A stretch of DNA of 64,000 bases from Candidatus Parcubacteria bacterium (GCA_023128895.1 JAGMDC010000003.1:70514-134513), one strand, 5' to 3'. Shown: positions 10,991-21,039, counted from the stretch's first letter. Made by a program: numbers and translations. The notes: generated from the letters alone by a model not told the origin.

Positions 10991-11270
10991 TTGCGGTGCC
11001 TGGAATTGCACCAGGGTCTCGAGCTTCTTTTATATTAACCATTTGTTTCCAAATGGAATGGACTATCCCATCCCCCCGCTTACTTAAATGGGGGGCTCTC
11101 ATTATAGTCTCTGAACCTTCCGAGCGCTCAAAGCGTTGAGTGCTTGGCTTGGCTGCTGATTGTCCAATTAAGGAGTTCCCAGCAATTTCGAGAGTTTGTC
11201 TGCGGAATATTACTATTCCGAGCCACACAATCTGTATGGGGCTCGCAAGATACTACTTCTCCACACCGCT
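10991..11270 (-). tRNA. tRNA(CAU) gene (Met/fMet/Ile2 type, A1xA72 mismatch) interrupted by a group I intron after nt 36
   Basis: Exons 11236-11270 and 10991-11026 fold into a cloverleaf (acceptor GCGGUG/CACCGC, D-stem GAGA/UCUU, anticodon stem CGAGC/GCUCG, loop CCCAU|AA, T-arm CCUGG-UGCAAUU-CCAGG). Confidence 0.75.
11027..11235 (-). ncRNA. group I intron (~209 nt, small bacterial tRNA-intron type)
   Basis: Conserved cores: P AAAUUGCUGGGAAC, Q AAUCAGCAGCCAAGCC, R GGUUCAGAGACUAUAA, S GGGAUAGUCC. P1 pairs exon GAGCCCCAU with IGS GUGUGGCUC with a U.G at the 5' splice site; the intron ends in G. Confidence 0.75.
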
Positions 11271-11305
11271 ATAAAAAAAATATCTACGAAAAATTTTCGT
11301 TGTAT

Positions 11306-11339
11306 ATCTATATCATACCGTAAAATAAAAAAAAATCAA
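11306..11339 (-). promoter_or_regulatory. sigma70-like promoter (TTGATT-16-TATGAT) driving the intron-containing tRNA
   Basis: Read on the minus strand ~35 nt upstream of the tRNA 5' end. Confidence 0.55.
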
Positions 11340-11376
11340 GGCGCGGCGCGCTTTGAATTATATCTGCGTGAATATT

Positions 11377-11940
11377 TTACAGCAATCCCAAACTAATTAA
11401 TACAGATCTGTATGTTTCTAAAATTTTCTTTGTTTGTTCCGCTTCTAATTTGAAATCGGGATCCGCAATAATATAATTTCTGTTCTTATGCGCTTTTAGC
11501 AATTGTTCTTTGTCTTTGAAAATCATTGGACTTAAATTTTTAACTTTTTCTTCAAATGTCTTACCTGAATAACCTGATTTTTTCAGCATCTCGTCAAGCA
11601 AAGAATCCGCTTCTATCACTGCCAGCTTATATTCTGTTTCCCTGCCTGTGTCTATTTTCTTAAAAATCCTGTCCCACTGTTTAGTCAATCGTTTTACGCC
11701 ATACGGTTTGAAAGTTAAAAACTGAACAATATTTTCTACATACCTTAGCCGCAGCCAATCGGTCTTGGCAATGAGAAATACCAGCCATAAAATCAAAAAC
11801 AAAGAAAAGGCCCAAAATATCGGCTTTGCAATCCCTAAAATCTGTTGCATTACCAAGGGCATTTCTGTTTGCGCGACTTGCGCGAATATTACCTGCGGTT
11901 CAAAACTTTCAATATATGAAATAATGTCTTTTGGCTCCAT
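11377..11940 (-). CDS. hypothetical membrane-anchored protein
   Basis: ORF with one TM helix. Confidence 0.5.
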   Translation of the reverse strand: MEPKDIISYIESFEPQVIFAQVAQTEMPLVMQQILGIAKPIFWAFSLFLILWLVFLIAKTDWLRLRYVENIVQFLTFKPYGVKRLTKQWDRIFKKIDTGRETEYKLAVIEADSLLDEMLKKSGYSGKTFEEKVKNLSPMIFKDKEQLLKAHKNRNYIIADPDFKLEAEQTKKILETYRSVLISLGLL

Positions 11941-11943
11941 ACT

Positions 11944-11977
11944 CTAAATTATTCTAAATTCTAAATTCTAAATTCTA
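11944..11977. repeat. heptamer tandem repeat (CTAAATT)x4-5
   Basis: Seen in sequence, intergenic. Confidence 0.8.
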
Positions 11978-13411
11978 TACCCTATATTCTAATTCCCTCG
12001 CGATGTCTAAAATTTTTTCTTCTTCAAACACATTACCGATAAGTTGAAGCCCTACTGGAAGATTATCAACTTTGCCGCACGGCAAAGACAAAGCAGGCAG
12101 GCCAGCCAAATTCACTGAAATAGTGAAAATATCAGAAAGATACATAGTAATAGGGTCGTCAACTTTTTCTCCGAGTTTGAAAGCAGTAGTGGGCGAAACT
12201 GGCGCCATAATAACATCTATATCCTGAAACGCTTTATTAAAATCCTCAATAATTCTTGTTCTCACTTTCTGCGCCTTCAAATAATACGCGTCATAATATC
12301 CAGCGGAAAGCGCGTAAATCCCAAGCATAATCCTGCGCCGAACTTCCTTGCCAAAGCCCTTTCCTCTTGTCTGTAAATATACATCCAAAAGATTATCCTG
12401 ATTTTTGGATTCTGAATAACCGTATTTTATTCCGTCAAATCTCGCGAGATTGGCGCTTGCTTCAGACGGAGAAATAATATAATAAACAGCTAACGCGTAT
12501 TTTGTGTGAGGCAAAGAGATTTCCTTTATTTTCGCGCCCATTTTCTCGTATTGTTTAATCGCGCTTCTGATTGTTTTCTCAACTTCCGGATTTATGCCTT
12601 TTACAAAATATTCCTTCGGAACCCCTATTCTTAAATTTTGAATTTTGCTTTGCCACGCCGTAGTTTTAGCGGAGGCGGGATTTATTTCTACGCTTGTGGA
12701 ATCCATCTCGTCTCTGCCGCGTATCGCGTTAAACACTATTTTAGCGTCCTCAACTGTTTTCGTTATTGGTCCAATCTGGTCCAAAGAAGAAGCAAACGCG
12801 ATTAAACCATTCCTGGAAACAGCGCCGTAACTCGGCTTCAGCCCGACTACTCCGCAAAAAGACGCCGGCAAACGGACAGACCCGCCGGTGTCAGAGCCAA
12901 GCGCGAAAGCGCACTCGTCTGCCGCAACCGCCGCGGCTGACCCTCCTGAAGAACCGCCCGGTACGCGCTCCAAATCGCAGGGATTTTTTGTGGGCCCAAA
13001 CGCGGAATTTTCTGTTGACGAACCCATTGCAAATTCGTCTAAATTTGTTTTTCCTAAAAACACACTCCCCTGCTTATTAAGTTTTTTTATTACTCCAGCA
13101 TCGTATGGGGCGATATAATTTTCTAAAATTTTTGAACCGGCAGTGCTTTGTTCTCCTTTAATCAAAATATTATCTTTAATGGCGCAGGGAATTCCAGCAA
13201 GCAGCGGCAATTTTTCGTTTTTAAAAATTAAATCATCAATTTTTTTTGCCTGTTCTATTGCTAACTTTTCAGTAACATGTAAATAAGCGAAAATATCCTT
13301 ATCGCTTTGTTTTATTTTATCTAAATACGCGTTAGCCAATTCTAATGCTGAAAATTTTTTATCTTTCAGTCCCTGATGAGTTTGTGTGATTGTAAGAGTA
13401 GTCAAATTCAC
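11975..13411 (-). CDS. gatA: Glu/Asp-tRNA amidotransferase subunit A
   Basis: Amidase signature GGSSGGSAAAVA. Confidence 0.9.
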   Translation of the reverse strand: MNLTTLTITQTHQGLKDKKFSALELANAYLDKIKQSDKDIFAYLHVTEKLAIEQAKKIDDLIFKNEKLPLLAGIPCAIKDNILIKGEQSTAGSKILENYIAPYDAGVIKKLNKQGSVFLGKTNLDEFAMGSSTENSAFGPTKNPCDLERVPGGSSGGSAAAVAADECAFALGSDTGGSVRLPASFCGVVGLKPSYGAVSRNGLIAFASSLDQIGPITKTVEDAKIVFNAIRGRDEMDSTSVEINPASAKTTAWQSKIQNLRIGVPKEYFVKGINPEVEKTIRSAIKQYEKMGAKIKEISLPHTKYALAVYYIISPSEASANLARFDGIKYGYSESKNQDNLLDVYLQTRGKGFGKEVRRRIMLGIYALSAGYYDAYYLKAQKVRTRIIEDFNKAFQDIDVIMAPVSPTTAFKLGEKVDDPITMYLSDIFTISVNLAGLPALSLPCGKVDNLPVGLQLIGNVFEEEKILDIARELEYRV

Positions 13412-13686
13412 AATATTGGTTTAACTTTTACATATCTATTTTTTGTTTCTGGTGCTGATTTCACTAATTGAGCAACTGTTTTCGGCAATTGTTTTTTCGC
13501 CACATCCTCTCTAACAATATTTTCCAAAAAATAAGCATGGCTTGTTGGTTTGACATCAGAGACATCCACTTGTTCTAATTCTTTAAAAAAATCAAAAATC
13601 GAAGAAAGTTCTTTTTGTATTTTTGCCAGTTCCTGCGCTGACAATCCCAAACGCGCCAATTTAGCAATGTGTTTAACATCAAACAT
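13408..13686 (-). CDS. gatC: Glu/Asp-tRNA amidotransferase subunit C
   Basis: Size, position before gatA, conserved N-terminal motif. Confidence 0.8.
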   Translation of the reverse strand: MFDVKHIAKLARLGLSAQELAKIQKELSSIFDFFKELEQVDVSDVKPTSHAYFLENIVREDVAKKQLPKTVAQLVKSAPETKNRYVKVKPIL

Positions 13687-13690
13687 AATT

Positions 13691-14764
13691 TTACTTGGGT
13701 GGTTCTAATTCCTCTGCGTCTACAAGCACTTCCTGAAGTTCGTCAAGATTCTCTAACACCATTCCAGCACCGCGCGCTACTGCTGTTAAAGGGTCGTCAA
13801 TAATCTTGCAGGGAATTTTTGTTTCTTTGGTAATTAAAGTATCAAGGCCCCTTAAAAGCGAACCGCCGCCGCCTAAATGTATGCCTTTAGACATAATGTC
13901 GGCTAATAACTCCGGCGGGGTCTCTTCTATTGTTGTTTTGACCATATCAACAATCTGCTTTACTGATTTTTCCAAAGCCCTGCGAATATCTTGGTCTGTT
14001 ACTGCAATTTCTTCAGGCAAACCAGTAACTAAATTTCTTCCCCTAATAGGCATTTCTCTTTTTTCTTTCAACGGATACGCGGATCCAATACCGATTTTGA
14101 CATCTTCAGCTGTTCTTTCCCCCACCAACAGCTTAAACTCCTCCTGCGCAAAATAAATAATGTCTTGATTCAACTTATCACCTGCTATTCTCAAACTTTT
14201 AGAAATCACCAAGCCGCCCAAAGATATCACCGCGATTTCAGTGGTACCGCCGCCAATGTCCACAATAAAATTTCCGCCCGCTTCCTGAACAGGAAGACGC
14301 GCGCCAATAGCAGACGCCATTGGCTGTTCTATTAAATACACTTTTCTCGCGCCGGCTGATTTAGTGGCGTCCTGAACCGCCTTTTTTTCCACCTCTGTTA
14401 CTCCGCAGGGAATGCCAATAATCACCCGCGGAGAAGAAATCAGCATAAATTTGCTTTTGCGAATTTTCTCAATAAAATATTTTAGCATCTGTTCTGTCAC
14501 TTCAAAATCAGAAATAACTCCTTTTACCAAAGGACGAGTGGCAACAATATTGCCCGGAGTTCTGCCAACCATTTTTTTTGCCTCGTTTCCAATGGCAAGA
14601 ACTCTGCCTGTCTTTTGGTTTATCGCGACAACAGACGGTTCTGAAATAACAATTCCTCTGCCACGGACATAAACTAAAGAATTTGCCGTACCCAAATCAA
14701 TGGCAATATCCTGCGAAAAACGAGAAAGAATTTTATTTAAAATATTTGTAATTTTGATATGCAT
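13691..14764 (-). CDS. mreB: rod-shape-determining protein MreB
   Basis: Actin-like ATPase motifs DLGTANSLVYV, DIGGGTTE. Confidence 0.9.
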   Translation of the reverse strand: MHIKITNILNKILSRFSQDIAIDLGTANSLVYVRGRGIVISEPSVVAINQKTGRVLAIGNEAKKMVGRTPGNIVATRPLVKGVISDFEVTEQMLKYFIEKIRKSKFMLISSPRVIIGIPCGVTEVEKKAVQDATKSAGARKVYLIEQPMASAIGARLPVQEAGGNFIVDIGGGTTEIAVISLGGLVISKSLRIAGDKLNQDIIYFAQEEFKLLVGERTAEDVKIGIGSAYPLKEKREMPIRGRNLVTGLPEEIAVTDQDIRRALEKSVKQIVDMVKTTIEETPPELLADIMSKGIHLGGGGSLLRGLDTLITKETKIPCKIIDDPLTAVARGAGMVLENLDELQEVLVDAEELEPPK

Positions 14765-15975
14765 TTGATTAATCTAATTTGTTTCTTATTTCTTTGTTTA
14801 ACTTCTACGCAATTTTTCTCCAAAGTTTTTTCGCTTACAACAATTCTATAAGGTATCCCCATTAAATCAGCATCGGCAAACTTTTCGCCCGGCGACTTGT
14901 CTTCTCTATCGTCATACAATATTTCAATTCCTTGTTTTTCTAAATCTTGATATACTTTCTCTGTTTGTTTTTTAATTTTCAAGTTATTGCCTATTTGAAT
15001 TAAATGCGCTTGATACGGCGCAATCTCTTTTGGCCAGATAATTCCTTTGTCATCGTGATGAATTTCTACAACCGCGCCCATCAAACGAGGAAGTCCAATG
15101 CCGTAACAGCCCATTTCCACTAATTTTTTTGAGCCGTCTTGAGCTGTAAAAAAGAAATTAAACGGTTCAGTATATTTTGTCCTTAATTTAAAAATATTGC
15201 CAGCTTCTATGGCTTTTTCCTGCCTAAACTTTGTTTTACCGCACTCAGGGCATTTTGAATGTTCCTGTTTAATTTCCTTATTAATGGCTAATCCGCAATT
15301 TTCGCAAATATAAATAGTATCCTCTCCAGCAGAAGTTATTGTTTGAAATTCATGAGAATATTTTGAAAAACTTCCGCCGCTCGCCAAAGTTAGATGAGTC
15401 TGCAAACCAATCCCGCATCGCTTGAATATCTTAAAATACGCTTTCTTGGCTTTCTCATAATAAATATCCAAATCCTTTTCTGAAGTATGGAAAGAATACA
15501 AATCTTTCATAACAAATTCCTTGCTCCTTAAAATACCTGATTTAGCTCTTAATTCGTCTCTGAATTTATCCTGAATTTGATACACATAGCAAGGTAAATC
15601 CTTGTATGACGAAACATATTTCTGGACTAATGGAACAATAACTTCTTCGTGAGTGGCTCCTAAACCGTACTCCTGCCCTGATTTTCCTTTGACTTTATAA
15701 AGTTCTTCAAAAATTTTCCACCTATTTGTTTGCTCCCAATTTTTTTTTGGAACTAATGCGGGCATTAAAATTCTTTGCCCTCCAATTGCCTGTATTTCTT
15801 CACAAATTATTTTCTCAATTTTTTCCAAAACGCGCAACCCCGTTGGCAAAAAAACATAAACGCCAGCGCTCAATTTATCAACAAAACCAGCCCTTATTAA
15901 AAACTGAGCATTAACGCTTTTCTCATCTTTCGGCGCTTGTTTAACTGTTTTGGTGAACAATTTTGACTGCCTCAT
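14737..15975 (-). CDS. proS: prolyl-tRNA synthetase (compact form with a Cys4 ribbon between motifs 2 and 3)
   Basis: Class II motif 2 FRDELRAKSGILRSKEFVMKDLYSF; start set at MRQSKLF (the track extends to 16002). Confidence 0.8.
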   Translation of the reverse strand: MRQSKLFTKTVKQAPKDEKSVNAQFLIRAGFVDKLSAGVYVFLPTGLRVLEKIEKIICEEIQAIGGQRILMPALVPKKNWEQTNRWKIFEELYKVKGKSGQEYGLGATHEEVIVPLVQKYVSSYKDLPCYVYQIQDKFRDELRAKSGILRSKEFVMKDLYSFHTSEKDLDIYYEKAKKAYFKIFKRCGIGLQTHLTLASGGSFSKYSHEFQTITSAGEDTIYICENCGLAINKEIKQEHSKCPECGKTKFRQEKAIEAGNIFKLRTKYTEPFNFFFTAQDGSKKLVEMGCYGIGLPRLMGAVVEIHHDDKGIIWPKEIAPYQAHLIQIGNNLKIKKQTEKVYQDLEKQGIEILYDDREDKSPGEKFADADLMGIPYRIVVSEKTLEKNCVEVKQRNKKQIRLIKCISKLQIF

Positions 15976-16064
15976 ATTATTTAATCTTATCCCAAAATTC
16001 AAAATTAATCAAATTAAAAATTCCGAGAAATCTTCTCGGAATTTTTAATTTCTACAAGTAATTG

Positions 16065-17147
16065 TTAAAACAAGCGTTGAATATCTTTGAATGTGACGAA
16101 AATCAATAATAATATTAATAGATAGAAAAAGAAAACCGTGAGATTCTGTTCAACTTTTTGGGACACTGGCTTTTTTCTGATTGCCTCAATTCCCAAGAAT
16201 ACTAATTTGCCGCCGTCCAACGCGGGAATCGGCAAAATATTAAACAGCGCCAGGAAAATAGAAATTGTGGCTATAAGCTGAATAAAATAACTCGCGCCCA
16301 AAGAACTCATTTTAGCCAATAAGCCAAAAATTCCTACTGGACCCATTACTTGCGCTCCTGCCGGCATTCCCTGTCCGTTGATTAAATTGGAAATCACCAT
16401 GCCCCAGCCGCGCACAGCGCCGATAGTCAAATCAACAACGCTTATCGCGCCATGGATTGGCGCTTCATACCAGGGATAGGATTTTGTTGATGTTCTTATT
16501 AAACCCACTCCCATAGCGCCTTCGTTTTCAGGCGGCTCTTTCCTTGGCGTCAAACCTGTTTCAAAAATTTTCTCTCCTCTTTCAATGGTCAAAAATATTT
16601 CCTTGCCTAAATTCTCTCTAACTAATTCCTGCAATTCTACAACTTTGTCAATTTCTGTTCTTGAGTCCCCGGCGTTAATTTTTATTACAGCGTCTCCGGG
16701 CATTAATCCCGCTTGTTCCGCTGGCGAATTCGGCGCAATCATTATCACGCGAACCCTGGGGTCTATTAAGCCCTGCGCCTCATCACTCACAGCCGCCGGT
16801 ACGCCAAGACTCAATGCTATGCTAATAAGAATCCAGGAAATAATCCAGAACATTACAACACCGCCGAGAACAATTAACATTCTCTGGTAAATCGGTTTCT
16901 TGGCAAAACTTTTTATATCTTCTATGCCGCCCTCTTCTCCCCTGACCCTCACAAACGCGCCTAAAGGAATAAGATTTAATGAATAAATCGTATCCCCTAT
17001 TTTTTTGCCGAAAATGCGCGGCGGATAACCAATGCCAAATTCGTCAACAGCCACCCCGAATTTCTTGGCTAAAATAAAATGCCCGAACTCATGCAGGACA
17101 ATTAAACTCATCAAAGCGATAAACGCTATAATAATAGTAAAAACCAT
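16065..17147 (-). CDS. rseP: RseP-like site-2 zinc metalloprotease with PDZ domain
   Basis: HEFGH motif, multiple TM helices, PDZ-like segment. Confidence 0.85.
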   Translation of the reverse strand: MVFTIIIAFIALMSLIVLHEFGHFILAKKFGVAVDEFGIGYPPRIFGKKIGDTIYSLNLIPLGAFVRVRGEEGGIEDIKSFAKKPIYQRMLIVLGGVVMFWIISWILISIALSLGVPAAVSDEAQGLIDPRVRVIMIAPNSPAEQAGLMPGDAVIKINAGDSRTEIDKVVELQELVRENLGKEIFLTIERGEKIFETGLTPRKEPPENEGAMGVGLIRTSTKSYPWYEAPIHGAISVVDLTIGAVRGWGMVISNLINGQGMPAGAQVMGPVGIFGLLAKMSSLGASYFIQLIATISIFLALFNILPIPALDGGKLVFLGIEAIRKKPVSQKVEQNLTVFFFYLLILLLIFVTFKDIQRLF

Positions 17148-17171
17148 AAATTAGATATTAAATATTAAATA

Positions 17172-17762
17172 TTACGATTCTATTTCTTTTCTCTTATTCT
17201 CTCCCATTTCCTCAACTTTTTTGTTATATTTGTCAACCAAATCCTGCAAATCATCTTTTGCCCTGTACTTATTGTCTTCTGAAATCTCCCCTGCCATTTG
17301 CTTGTCTTGAATTTCTCTCCACGCATCCTCCCTCCAATGCCTTATTGTTTTTCTCGCGTCTTCCTGCTTTTCAGAAATAAATTTTAACAAATTTTTTCTA
17401 TATTCTTCTGTCAGCGGAGGAAAACTTAAACGAATTGTTTCCTTGTCTACTATTGGCGAAGCAACAACTGCGGACTGGGCAATAGATTTTTCAATCGACT
17501 CTAAATACGACTTATCCCAGGGCTGAATAACAATCTCACGCGGCCCTGTCACAGAAATCGTGGCTAATTGCTTTAAGGGAAACTTCTGGCCAAAACAATC
17601 CGCAACAATATCTTCAACTAAAGAAGGAGAGACTCTGCTCGTCCTTAATTTCGCCATCTCTTTTTCCAAAAATTCAATCACCTTTTCCATTTCCGGCTCA
17701 ATTTTTTTAATAATCTCATCATACATATATTTTATGATAGCAAAAACTCTGCTATCCGACAA
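17172..17762 (-). CDS. frr: ribosome recycling factor
   Basis: Size and conserved RRF sequence pattern. Confidence 0.85.
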   Translation of the reverse strand: MSDSRVFAIIKYMYDEIIKKIEPEMEKVIEFLEKEMAKLRTSRVSPSLVEDIVADCFGQKFPLKQLATISVTGPREIVIQPWDKSYLESIEKSIAQSAVVASPIVDKETIRLSFPPLTEEYRKNLLKFISEKQEDARKTIRHWREDAWREIQDKQMAGEISEDNKYRAKDDLQDLVDKYNKKVEEMGENKRKEIES

Positions 17763-17765
17763 GGA

Positions 17766-18734
17766 TCAAAATTCTAACATCAGGGTTTCAAGGGCTAATC
17801 TGGTATTGATGTTAGTCGTAGCAAAAGAAAACTGGAGTTTTGAAATGGTCTTAATAATTTTTTGCAATTGTATTAGAGAATAATTTTTCTGTTTTGGATT
17901 CTGTTCCGCGGATTTCAAAGTATTTATTATTCTGTTCCTAATATGCCTGGACCAAATACTCAAGACTTTTTTAATGTCCTGCGGCTCTTGTTTAGACAAT
18001 TCCTGGACATATTGGAATCGCGCGAACAAATCAAATTGGCTCAATTTATTAAAATCTTTTACTCTTTGCTCTATCTCCAGCAATTTTTTTGGGTCTTTTA
18101 AAAAATTCAACGCCAAACCAGGCCTGCCCAAAGAAAAATCAACAATTTTTTCAATTTGAGATTCAGGAACACTTTGTTCTTTAATTTCCGCGCTGATTTC
18201 GCTTTTATCCACTAAAGAAAATTTAATTTTCTGAACCCTGGACAAAATGGTAGGCAAAATTCTGTCGGGATATTCAGTTATTAAAATAAAAAGCGCCCTT
18301 CCTTTTGGTTCTTCCAAAGTTTTCAAAAAAGAATTCTGCGCTTCCTGAGTCATAGAATGCGCCTGGTCTATCACGGCTGTCTTGAATAAAGAACGAGACG
18401 GGCTTAAAGAAAAATAATACTCTAATTTTCTTAATTGCGCGATTTTCATTTCTTTGTTGTCCGGCTTTAATAATGTAAAATCCGGAAAAATTCCTTTTTC
18501 AATATCACGGCAATTGCGGCAAACCCCGCATGGCTTGTTTGACTCTTTCTCGCCCGCCTGCAACGCTTTCGGCGTAGCCGATGCGGGCAGGCAATTCAGA
18601 AATTTAATAAATTCTATGGCTAATGTTTTCTTGCCAATATGCGACGGCCCATAAAATAAATAAGCGTGGGAAAGCCGTCCCAGCTTATAGGAATTTTCTA
18701 AAAATTTCCATTGTTTTTGATGCCCTAAAATCAT
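17766..18734 (-). CDS. holB: DNA polymerase III delta' subunit
   Basis: Walker A GPSHIGKKT and zinc module CGVCRNCRDI. Confidence 0.8.
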   Translation of the reverse strand: MILGHQKQWKFLENSYKLGRLSHAYLFYGPSHIGKKTLAIEFIKFLNCLPASATPKALQAGEKESNKPCGVCRNCRDIEKGIFPDFTLLKPDNKEMKIAQLRKLEYYFSLSPSRSLFKTAVIDQAHSMTQEAQNSFLKTLEEPKGRALFILITEYPDRILPTILSRVQKIKFSLVDKSEISAEIKEQSVPESQIEKIVDFSLGRPGLALNFLKDPKKLLEIEQRVKDFNKLSQFDLFARFQYVQELSKQEPQDIKKVLSIWSRHIRNRIINTLKSAEQNPKQKNYSLIQLQKIIKTISKLQFSFATTNINTRLALETLMLEF

Positions 18735-18757
18735 AAACTAAAACATCAAAGTTCAAA

Positions 18758-19765
18758 TTACTTCTTTGACATTATGCTTTTCTTATATATATCCAAATTT
18801 TCCAAAACCGCGCCAGTGCCTTTTGCAACGCAAAGCAAAGGATTTTCCGCCACGAAACAAGGAACCCCTGTTTCCTGAGAAATTTTTTCCTCAATATTTC
18901 TTAATAAAGCCCCTCCTCCGGAAATTACCATTCCTTTATCCATTATGTCTGCTGAAATCTCAGGCGGCGTTTCCCTTAAGACAATTTTCACATTTTGAAT
19001 TATTTCATTTAAGACATCTGAAGTCGCTTCACAAATCTCGTTAGACGAAACCTTAATTGTTCTTGGGAGCCCTGAAATCAAATCCCTTCCCCTGATTTCC
19101 AATTTTTTTTCTTCTTTCTCGGGCAAAGCTGTCCCGATTTTTATCTTTATATCTTCCGCTGTTTGTTCCCCTACCGCTAAATTGTGCTTTCTTTTAATGT
19201 ACTCTGATATTACATAATTAATTTTATCGCCGGCCACTCTTAACGAAGACGATGTTACAATCCCGCCCAAAGAAATAGCCGCTACTTCAGAAGTGCCTCC
19301 TCCAATATCTACTATTAAATGCCCAGAACAAGTATTAATGGGAATACCAGCGCCAATTGCCGCTAAAATCGGCTCTTTCGCGATATACACCGCTTTCGCG
19401 CCTGCGTTCATTCCCGCCTCTATTACTGCCCTCTTTTCTGTGGAAGTAATTCCGGCAGGGACGGCAATCATTAATTCCGGTTTAAAAAATCGGAACGAAC
19501 CGACAACTTTAACAATAAAATACCTGATCATTGCCTGCGTTACTCTAAAATCAGCAATTACGCCGTCTTTTAACGGCCTGTAAACTTTAATAGTGCCTGG
19601 AGTTCTGCCTATCATTTCCTTTGCCTGCGCCCCTACTGCCAAAATTTTATTCTCGTCTAAAGATACCGCCACAACTGACGGCTCCTGCAAAACAATGCCT
19701 TTGTTTGGAACAAAAACCAAAGAGTTTGCTGTTCCTAAATCTATGCCAATTTTTTTAATAAACAT
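18758..19765 (-). CDS. MreB paralogue
   Basis: DLGTANSLVFV, DIGGGTSE. Confidence 0.85.
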   Translation of the reverse strand: MFIKKIGIDLGTANSLVFVPNKGIVLQEPSVVAVSLDENKILAVGAQAKEMIGRTPGTIKVYRPLKDGVIADFRVTQAMIRYFIVKVVGSFRFFKPELMIAVPAGITSTEKRAVIEAGMNAGAKAVYIAKEPILAAIGAGIPINTCSGHLIVDIGGGTSEVAAISLGGIVTSSSLRVAGDKINYVISEYIKRKHNLAVGEQTAEDIKIKIGTALPEKEEKKLEIRGRDLISGLPRTIKVSSNEICEATSDVLNEIIQNVKIVLRETPPEISADIMDKGMVISGGGALLRNIEEKISQETGVPCFVAENPLLCVAKGTGAVLENLDIYKKSIMSKK

Positions 19766-19776
19766 AATTCTTGATT

Positions 19777-21039
19777 TTAAATTTTTATTCTTTTAATATC
19801 CGCGCCTAAACTTTGGAGTTTCTGTTCAAAATTTTCATATCCTCTGTCAATTTGATTAATATTATTCATAATTGTTTCTCCTTTTGCCAGCAAAGCCGCA
19901 ACAACAAGAGACGCGCCAGCCCTAATATCCCAACTTTCAATACTTAAACCGCACAGAGAAGTTTTTCCGAATATAATAGCCCTGTGCGGGTCAACAATTT
20001 CTATGTCAGCTCCCATTTTTCGCAATTCTTGAAGATAATTAAACCTTGATTCATACAAAGGATCGTGCACCAAACTCTTGCCCTGAGCTTGAGTCAAAAG
20101 CACGGAAGTAAAAGGCAGAAAATCAGTGGGAAACCCTGGATAGAAAAATGTTTGCACTCTTGCCGGCTTAAGATTTGGAGAATACCCGACTGTGATGGAA
20201 TTTTCCCCTTTCTTAAAATTAACTCCTATTTCTTCTAATTTGTCTAAAAACAAATCTAAATGGTCAAGGCGGATATTTTTAATATTTACTTCACCAGGAG
20301 TCACGCATCCGGCAGTAATAAAAGTTACAGTCACAATAGGGTCCGGAATTATTGTATGCTCTACTCCTTTCAAATCCTCCCTGCCCCTGATTGTAATAGT
20401 ATGACCTCCCAATCCATTAATTTCCACGCCCATCTTTTTCAGCATTTCTCCGACATCCTGCACTTGCGGTTCGCAAGCCGCTCCCTTTATAATCGTTTCG
20501 CCCGGAAGAAGCGATGCCGCAAGCATAACATTTTCAGTAGCAGTTACGCTAAACTCTTTTAAGACAATTTCTGTTGGCACCAAATTTTTTGCTTGAAAAA
20601 AATAAAAATCTCCCTGTTCTTTAATTTCCGCGCCTAATTTCTTTAATGCTTCCAAATGAGTTGTAATAGGCCTTAAACCGATTTTGTCGCCCCCTGGACG
20701 CGGAATTTTTAATGACCCAAACCTTGCGAGCAATGGCCCTATCAGTAAAACAGATAATCGTGTTTTCGCGAATTTCTCAAAATCAAGATTTTCCGGCTTG
20801 ACTTCTCTTGTGTTGATTCTTATTTTCTTTGTGTCCAAGCGCTCTATTTTCGCGCCCATATCTTTGAGAATATTTAATATCACAAAAACATCTTCTACCA
20901 GAGGAAGATTGTCAATAATCACATCTTCATTGGTTAAAAGCGAAGCGGTTAATACGGGACCGGCAGAATTTTTATATCCCTCAATTTCAACTTCGCCGTT
21001 CAACGGTTTTCCGCCCTGAATAATAAATTTCTCTGACAT
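19777..21039 (-). CDS. murA: UDP-N-acetylglucosamine 1-carboxyvinyltransferase
   Basis: MurA N-terminal pattern FIIQGGKPLNGEV; start set at MSEKF (the track's longer start abuts a terminator T-run). Confidence 0.9.
   Translation of the reverse strand: MSEKFIIQGGKPLNGEVEIEGYKNSAGPVLTASLLTNEDVIIDNLPLVEDVFVILNILKDMGAKIERLDTKKIRINTREVKPENLDFEKFAKTRLSVLLIGPLLARFGSLKIPRPGGDKIGLRPITTHLEALKKLGAEIKEQGDFYFFQAKNLVPTEIVLKEFSVTATENVMLAASLLPGETIIKGAACEPQVQDVGEMLKKMGVEINGLGGHTITIRGREDLKGVEHTIIPDPIVTVTFITAGCVTPGEVNIKNIRLDHLDLFLDKLEEIGVNFKKGENSITVGYSPNLKPARVQTFFYPGFPTDFLPFTSVLLTQAQGKSLVHDPLYESRFNYLQELRKMGADIEIVDPHRAIIFGKTSLCGLSIESWDIRAGASLVVAALLAKGETIMNNINQIDRGYENFEQKLQSLGADIKRIKI

Noticed and set aside
10993-11304. 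tmRNA (ssrA) candidate: tRNA-like acceptor/T-arm ends around a ~200-nt insert
   Set aside because: No plausible tag ORF ends in hydrophobic residues + stop; the insert carries group I intron P/Q/R/S cores and the ends make a complete tRNA(CAU), so it is an intron-containing tRNA
10959-11396. ORFs 10959..11228 (-) and 11196..11396 (+)
   Set aside because: Overlie the intron-containing tRNA and its promoter
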